A stretch of 11,199 nucleotides of DNA from Candidatus Krumholzibacteriia bacterium. Lineage in GTDB: Bacteria > Krumholzibacteriota > Krumholzibacteriia > WVZY01. Position 1 is the first letter of the stretch; each line of letters begins with the position of its first letter. A program made the position numbers and the translations under genes. The notes under the pieces are model-generated. The model was given only the letters and a program-made list of their open reading frames with translations, was not told where the DNA came from and ran no database searches. Below, piece by piece: positions 6,403 to 11,199 of this stretch. The stretch is taken from assembly GCA_036478295.1 (NCBI GenBank), contig JAZGDW010000244.1:1-11199 (forward strand), read 5' to 3'.

Positions 6403-6909
6403 CTACTGGTAGACGACGCTCCGACCGCTGATCCGGGTGACCCGCTGTCGCTCGGGAAGGGCCCCGATCATCTCCGACACGGCCCGTCCCGTCACGGGGC
6501 AGGTGAAGCCCGGGGCGATTTCCTGCAGTGGCACCAGCACGAAGGCGCGCGTCGCGTACCTGGGGTGCGGGATCCTCAGGTGTGGGGTGTCCAGCACACG
6601 ATTACCCATCGCCACGATGTCGACATCGACCGTTCTGGGCTCGTTGTGCCCACCGCAGCGGCCCAACTGCTTCTCCAGCACCTGTATCCGCTTTAGCAAA
6701 TCCTCCGGCCAAAGTAAAGGTCGAACTTGGACCACCATGTTCACGAAATCGTCCATCGGCTCACACGCGATCGGCTCCGTCTCGTAGAGTGAACTCAAAG
6801 CCAAGAGCTGCGCGACGCCCTCTCTCTCCAGCGCCCTTGCAGCCCGCAGTACCATTGTTTCGCGGTCGCCGACGTTCGAACCAAGGGCCACATAAGCCGG
6901 AAAATCCAT
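6403..6909 (-). CDS. folK: 2-amino-4-hydroxy-6-hydroxymethyldihydropteridine diphosphokinase (HPPK)
   Basis: AYVALGSNVGDR, SSLYETEP, PRTVDVDIV and IPHPR...RAFVLVPL. The true start is ATG 6909, overlapping the folB TGA (TGATG). The ORF-track extension to 7029 overlaps folB and is not homologous. Confidence 0.95.
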   Translation of the reverse strand: MDFPAYVALGSNVGDRETMVLRAARALEREGVAQLLALSSLYETEPIACEPMDDFVNMVVQVRPLLWPEDLLKRIQVLEKQLGRCGGHNEPRTVDVDIVAMGNRVLDTPHLRIPHPRYATRAFVLVPLQEIAPGFTCPVTGRAVSEMIGALPERQRVTRISGRSVVYQ

Positions 6910-7277
6910 CAGATCTTCGCGTCTCTGGTCAGACATACTTCGACATGTGACAAGTTGTTCGGAAATGGAAGGTTGAGCTTGCGCAGGCGGATGGTGATTC
7001 TTGAAACGGGGAAGTTCTGCAGCAGGCATTCTGTAATATCCTCACCCAGCGATTCCAACAGGCGGTGCTTGTGCTCCGACACCACCTCGATCACCTTCGC
7101 ATAAACCGACTCGTAGTTGATCGTATCCTTCAGCGAATCGCTCTGGCACGCCGCTCCCAAGTCCGCATGCAACTCGATGTCCAGCTCGATTTTCTGCCCG
7201 ACTTCACGCTCAGCCGGAGACACGCCGTAGTGGCCGAATATGGTAAGGTTATTCAGCCGTATGATATCGCTGCTCAT
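6909..7277 (-). CDS. folB: Dihydroneopterin aldolase
   Basis: MSSDIIRLNNLTIFGHYGV..EREVGQ, SDSLKDTINY, LLESLGE and the catalytic Lys in LRK. ATG 7277 with GGGGG at 7285-7281. 122 aa. The ORF-track extension to 7517 overlaps the aminotransferase. Confidence 0.95.
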   Translation of the reverse strand: MSSDIIRLNNLTIFGHYGVSPAEREVGQKIELDIELHADLGAACQSDSLKDTINYESVYAKVIEVVSEHKHRLLESLGEDITECLLQNFPVSRITIRLRKLNLPFPNNLSHVEVCLTRDAKI

Positions 7278-7303
7278 GATCCCCCATTTCTGCGGATCGA
7301 GAA

Positions 7304-8458
7304 TCAGACACGGGAGACGCGATCGAACGCCTCGTCTAGCTTCTCCACCGGCTGGGTGAGGGCAATGCGAAAGAATCCCTCCCCGCCCTCGCCAAACCCG
7401 ATGCCGGGAGTCACGAGCACATCGGCCTTCTCCAGCAGGTGCAACGCGTACTCCATCGAGCGCCGGGGCGACGGAACCTCCACCCAGATGTAAAAGGTAG
7501 CACAAGCCGGAAGACAATGGAAGCCGAGCCTCGTTAGGCCCGCCACAGCGACATCCCGTCGTTGCTGGTACTGCTCCCGCATCGTCTCCACGTAGCGGTC
7601 ACCATCGCCGTCGAGTGTCTTTGCCACAGCCTCCTGCACGGCCCCAAACACGCCGGAGTCGACGTTGGCCTTCAGGTGTGCAAGCGCTTCGATGAGATCA
7701 GGATGACCAACGGCGAACCCGATTCGCCAGCCGGTGATGCTGTACGACTTCGAAAACGAGAACAGCTCGATCATCGAATGCGAGAGCGCCTCAGGCTGGG
7801 CGCATAACAGCGGCGGCGCCGCGCCGTCGAAATACACGTCCGCGTACGCCGCGTCGTTTACCACGATGGTCCCGCTGTCCCCGGCGAACCGCAGAGCACT
7901 GGCGAACAGGCTGTCGTCCGCCGTAGCACTCGTCGGATTGTTGGGATAATTGAGCATACAGATACGCGCGCTTACCCGTTCGCGCCTGGAAAGCCCGTCC
8001 AGATCGGGGAGAAAGCCATTCGAACGCAGGAGCGGCATGGTCGAGACACGGCAGCCGGCGAACGTGGTCGCCGAATAATAGACCGGGTACCCCGGATCCG
8101 GAAGCAGGGCGAGATCACCCGGGTTGCACACCGCCCACGGCAGATGCGCGATTCCCTCCTTCGAGCCGCCGAGCACGAGGATCTCGTCGTCGCGGGGCCT
8201 GACGCCACAACGGCGCCCCAGGTAATTACGTATGGATGTTTTGAGATTCAGGTCTCCGCGCTGGGGCGGATAACGGTGGTGACGGTCGCTGTCCACCGCA
8301 TCCTTTAACGCGGTCCGCAGCGAATCGGGTGGCAGCAGGTCGGGATCGCCGATACTCAAATCAATGACATCGCGCCCCTGACCCACGGCCTGCTTATAAC
8401 GATTCTCCAGTTCCTCGAAGAGATACGGTGGAAGTGAGAGAAGTCGGGAAGCCTTCAT
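7304..8458 (-). CDS. dapL: Class I/II PLP-dependent aminotransferase, LL-diaminopimelate aminotransferase (DapL/DapC-direct)-like
   Basis: LPPYLF, DVIDLSIGDPD, GSKEG, PDPGYPVY, NYPNNPT, DAAY, SFSKSY..TGWRIG (PLP lysine), NVDSGVF and GFG..GEGFFRIAL. Start is ATG 8458 or TTG 8464. The family is certain, the substrate is less so. Confidence 0.7.
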   Translation of the reverse strand: MKASRLLSLPPYLFEELENRYKQAVGQGRDVIDLSIGDPDLLPPDSLRTALKDAVDSDRHHRYPPQRGDLNLKTSIRNYLGRRCGVRPRDDEILVLGGSKEGIAHLPWAVCNPGDLALLPDPGYPVYYSATTFAGCRVSTMPLLRSNGFLPDLDGLSRRERVSARICMLNYPNNPTSATADDSLFASALRFAGDSGTIVVNDAAYADVYFDGAAPPLLCAQPEALSHSMIELFSFSKSYSITGWRIGFAVGHPDLIEALAHLKANVDSGVFGAVQEAVAKTLDGDGDRYVETMREQYQQRRDVAVAGLTRLGFHCLPACATFYIWVEVPSPRRSMEYALHLLEKADVLVTPGIGFGEGGEGFFRIALTQPVEKLDEAFDRVSRV

Positions 8459-8468
8459 CAACAACCGA

Positions 8469-10082
8469 TCAGGGCGTCAACCCCGACAAATCGACAGTTG
8501 CTAGCCGGGGGGAAGTCTCGTTGAAAAACAGCAACAAGGCCGTCGGAGCGTTCGAGAACCAGGCCGGCCGCGTCACCATCACACTGTTGAAATCGACGAC
8601 ATTGCCGGTCGGGGTGGCGCCGGAAATCCGGATCGGCCCCTGCAGCCCCGTGTTCCCCATTATATCGATCAGCTCGTACCAGGAACTCACGCCGCGGGTC
8701 AGGTTATAGATCAGGTATTCGTCATTGGCCGGCCACGACAACCCCGACACCTTGTCTCCCAGGGGAAGGGTGTGAACACGTTGCGCGCTGGCGTTCACCG
8801 ACACGACATAAATACCATCTCCGGCCGTCATCGCCAACTGGTCTCCAGCCCTCGCCCACGCGAAATCACTCACCTTGTCCGCAATGCTAACGACCACGCT
8901 CCCCGACCCATCCGTACGCACCAGGTTGAGCTTGTCTTTGTTGTCGATGATCGCCAGAACCGGGTCCGCGGGGTCGTTGTTCCACGCCCGCAGCCCGATG
9001 GAAGGCGGAAACCCGCTGCCCAGAGAGCCGGTGGTGGCAGTGAGCTTCGTCAACGGGCTGATCGTGTCGGGACTGACCACCCCGCCCAGAACCGGGAGCG
9101 AATACAGTTCCCACTCGCCGCTACCCGCCGCTGTCGTGTCCACCATAAAGACCAGATGATTACCGTCGCTACTGAACGAGGGGTGGAAGCTCACCCTGTT
9201 CGTTGTAATCCTCGAGGCCGCCCCGCCGTCAATGTCGTAGACGAATACCTCGAACGTATCCACGCCACCCTGGCTCGGCGGTTTTTCTCCATCGGGCAGG
9301 AATGCCTGGTAAGCAATCATGCTTCCATCGGGAGAAAAGTCCGGCTCTGTAAACTGCGGCCGCCGCAGAATGATCGGGACGACCGGAAGCGCCGTGGCAG
9401 CGCCGGTGACGAGATCATCTACAAATATCTGCTTGAGTCGGTCCTGGCCAAAACCGGCTCCGGTTTCGACATGAACGGCCTGCGTGAGCGTCCGGTTGAA
9501 TTTGTACTCGGTACCGAAGCGAGTGTTGACCGCGACAACGCCGGTGGCGTCTTTCAACTTGATTTCGAAGTCGCCGAACGAGGGGCTGGTCGGGCCGAAC
9601 TGCGAACTCAAATAATAGACCGCTCCGGATGCGGTCGCGTGAACCTCCCCCGCGTGGGATTCGACGATCGTCGTGAGCCGGTTGACCATCACCGGTTCAC
9701 TACCCGTCGCGCTCGAAATACTGTTGGACGCCCGAACCCTGAGGGTGAACACCGTGCCCGAAATTGTATCCGGCGCCACCCACCGCACTGAGGTCTTGTT
9801 GGTTTCGAGGAAACCGCCGATGTCGTCCGACCACTGAAATCTCACGAAGTCGCCGACGTTCAACGACCCCGACATCACCACGGCGGTCGCCGTCATCGTG
9901 TCGCCCGGCATTGGGGACTTGGGGTTGAAGACGATCCCGTCCACCGTGATGGCCGTTGCCTCGGGCCCGGAGACTCCTCCGCCGGTTTCATCATCCCCAC
10001 AACCCACGAAAAGCGATGTAAGAGCCAGCGCTCCCGCCGCCAGTACGCATCCCAATAATCTCTTGGACCCTCTGATTCTCAA
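8469..10082 (-). CDS. Lipoprotein with N-terminal Ig/PKD-like domain and TolB-like (PD40) beta-propeller
   Basis: Signal peptide MRIRGSKRLLGCVLAAGALALTSLFVG-C28 (Cys codon 10001-9999), then a G/S linker and a beta-rich domain (FQWSD...SVRWVAP...FTLRVRASN). Propeller repeats: EPDFSPDGSMIAY, HPSFSSDGNHLVF, DFAWARAGDQLAM, GLSWPANDEYLIY. Start moved from GTG 10097 to TTG 10082 because GGAGGT (10092-10087) lies just upstream. Confidence 0.8.
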   Translation of the reverse strand: MRIRGSKRLLGCVLAAGALALTSLFVGCGDDETGGGVSGPEATAITVDGIVFNPKSPMPGDTMTATAVVMSGSLNVGDFVRFQWSDDIGGFLETNKTSVRWVAPDTISGTVFTLRVRASNSISSATGSEPVMVNRLTTIVESHAGEVHATASGAVYYLSSQFGPTSPSFGDFEIKLKDATGVVAVNTRFGTEYKFNRTLTQAVHVETGAGFGQDRLKQIFVDDLVTGAATALPVVPIILRRPQFTEPDFSPDGSMIAYQAFLPDGEKPPSQGGVDTFEVFVYDIDGGAASRITTNRVSFHPSFSSDGNHLVFMVDTTAAGSGEWELYSLPVLGGVVSPDTISPLTKLTATTGSLGSGFPPSIGLRAWNNDPADPVLAIIDNKDKLNLVRTDGSGSVVVSIADKVSDFAWARAGDQLAMTAGDGIYVVSVNASAQRVHTLPLGDKVSGLSWPANDEYLIYNLTRGVSSWYELIDIMGNTGLQGPIRISGATPTGNVVDFNSVMVTRPAWFSNAPTALLLFFNETSPRLATVDLSGLTP

Positions 10083-10190
10083 CGCTACCTCCAGCACCGT
10101 GCCGCGCCAGCGATCGGCTCAAACGGGCTAAGACAAATACGAAACAACGAATACAATTCAGAATATCTCAATGGGTGGGGTTTCTACAAA

Positions 10191-10229
10191 AAAATAGACG
10201 TATATACCCCTAATTTCAAGCCTTTTTTT
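10191..10229 (-). promoter_or_regulatory. Sigma70-type promoter for the lipoprotein-fol-pan operon
   Basis: TTGAAA (10219-10214) - exactly 17 nt - TATTTT (10196-10191), with an A7 tract (10229-10223) upstream resembling an UP element. It lies in the main AT-rich stretch of the window, downstream of the groEL hairpin. Confidence 0.6.
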
Positions 10230-10242
10230 GGCTGTAAATGGG

Positions 10243-10282
10243 TACGCCGCGGGGAGGCAGCACCCCCTCCGCGGCGTATTTT
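10243..10282 (-). terminator. GC-rich stem-loop after groEL (terminator or mRNA-stabilising hairpin)
   Basis: Perfect 10-bp arms TACGCCGCGG (10243-10252) / CCGCGGCGTA (10269-10278). On the minus strand it extends by GGGGG/CCUCC with one bulged A and a 5-nt loop. It begins 30 nt after the groEL stop. The minus-strand tail is weak (CCCAUUU). Confidence 0.65.
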
Positions 10283-10308
10283 GCTGACGCTGACAGGCAG
10301 CGCGTGCT

Positions 10309-11199
10309 CTAGTACATGCCTCCCATTCCCGCTCCACCCGGAGGCATGGCGGCCGGCTTTTCATCTTCCGGAATGTCGGTCACAACCGCCTCGGTGGTCA
10401 GGAGCAGCGAGGCCACACTGCACGCGTTCTGCAGGGCAGAGCGCGCCACCTTCGTCGGATCGACGATACCCGCAGCGACCATCTCGACGTACTCTCCTGT
10501 CGCCGCGTCGAAGCCGACGTCGATGGGCCCCTTGAGGATGCGTTCCACGACCAGCGAGCCCTCGGCTCCAGCGTTCGCTGCGATCTGCCGGACCGGCTCT
10601 TCCAGCGCGCGGAGCACCATGTCCCGGCCGACGGCTTCGTCACCCGTCAACTCGAGCTTGCTGAGCGCCTTGGTCGCGCGCAGCAGCGTGATGCCGCCGC
10701 CCGGGACCACTCCCTCTTCCACTGCGGCACGGGTGGCAGCCAGGGCGTCCTCGACGCGTGCCTTTTTTTCCTTCATTTCAATTTCGGTCGCCGCACCGAC
10801 ATTGATCACCGCGACGCCACCGGCCATCTTGGCCAGCCGTTCCTGAAGTTTCTCCTTGTCGTACTCGGACGTCGTGTCATCGATTTGGCGCCGGATCTGT
10901 CCGATGCGCGACTTGATGTCCGCGGCCTTTCCACTACCCTCGACGATGGTCGTATCATCCTTGGTGATGGTCAGGCGCTTGGCGCGTCCCAGGTCGGCCA
11001 CCGTCACGTTTTCGAGCTTGAAACCAGCATCCTCGCTGATCACGCGACCACCGGTGAGGACGGCGACGTCATCGAGCATGGCCTTGCGCCGGTCGCCGAA
11101 GCCGGGCGCCTTCACCGCCGCGACCTGCAGGATGCCACGAAGCTTGTTCACGACGAGCGTGGCGAGCGCCTCACCCTCCACGTCCTCGGCGATAACGAG
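10309..11199 (-). CDS. groL: Chaperonin GroEL (Cpn60), 5'-partial
   Basis: [70 protein letters not shown] and the C-terminal GGAGMGGMY. The frame is open to the window edge. Confidence 0.99.
   Translation of the reverse strand, partial: LVIAEDVEGEALATLVVNKLRGILQVAAVKAPGFGDRRKAMLDDVAVLTGGRVISEDAGFKLENVTVADLGRAKRLTITKDDTTIVEGSGKAADIKSRIGQIRRQIDDTTSEYDKEKLQERLAKMAGGVAVINVGAATEIEMKEKKARVEDALAATRAAVEEGVVPGGGITLLRATKALSKLELTGDEAVGRDMVLRALEEPVRQIAANAGAEGSLVVERILKGPIDVGFDAATGEYVEMVAAGIVDPTKVARSALQNACSVASLLLTTEAVVTDIPEDEKPAAMPPGGAGMGGMY

Noticed and set aside
6910..7517. N-terminal extensions of folK (to 7029) and folB (to 7517), or a folB-folK fusion by frameshift
   Set aside because: The extensions overlap upstream genes and are non-homologous. 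Each gene has its own ATG and stop, and I see no slippery sequence at the TGATG junction.
8772..9791. 339-aa + strand ORF
   Set aside because: It lies fully antisense to the lipoprotein gene, is Arg/His-rich and has no recognisable motif. This is a typical high-GC shadow ORF.
10083..10308. Riboswitch or structured leader RNA (THF, pan motif), CIRCE element or sigma32 promoter
   Set aside because: I see no recognisable aptamer and no TTAGCACTC-N9-GAGTGCTAA. CTTGAAA resembles a sigma32 -35, but no CCCCAT-type -10 lies at the right spacing. An Infernal scan would be the definitive test.
10158..10364. 68-aa minus-strand ORF across the groEL 3' spacer
   Set aside because: It overlaps the groEL end, the hairpin and the promoter, and has no protein-like features.
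1..11199. Mobile elements, CRISPR arrays, tRNA/rRNA, defence or toxin-antitoxin systems
   Set aside because: There are no transposase, integrase or nuclease motifs and no spaced repeats. Nearly all the sequence is accounted for by housekeeping CDSs with short gaps.

Overview
High-GC bacterial housekeeping and cell-envelope region with no mobile elements, RNA genes or CRISPR arrays. On the + strand the 3' part of a PpiD/SurA-type chaperone gene (<1..1689) converges on a long minus-strand run. In transcription order that run is: groEL (partial, 5' end outside the window), a hairpin and a sigma70-like promoter in an AT-rich spacer, then a probable operon of a TolB-like beta-propeller lipoprotein, DapL/DapC-type PLP aminotransferase, folB, folK, deoxynucleoside kinase, panB, panC, a GlmU with only the uridyltransferase domain, a HIT protein, a stand-alone LytR_C membrane protein, a DUF4321-like membrane protein and tatA. 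I moved several starts from the ORF track using RBS and stop/start overlap evidence. I found no clearly new biological system. The best leads are the half-GlmU/HIT/LytR_C/DUF4321/tatA envelope block, the uncharacterised lipoprotein heading the operon, and a 13-bp motif (12/13 identity) shared by two intergenic regions 7.9 kb apart. All family assignments come from motif recognition by eye, not from database searches.
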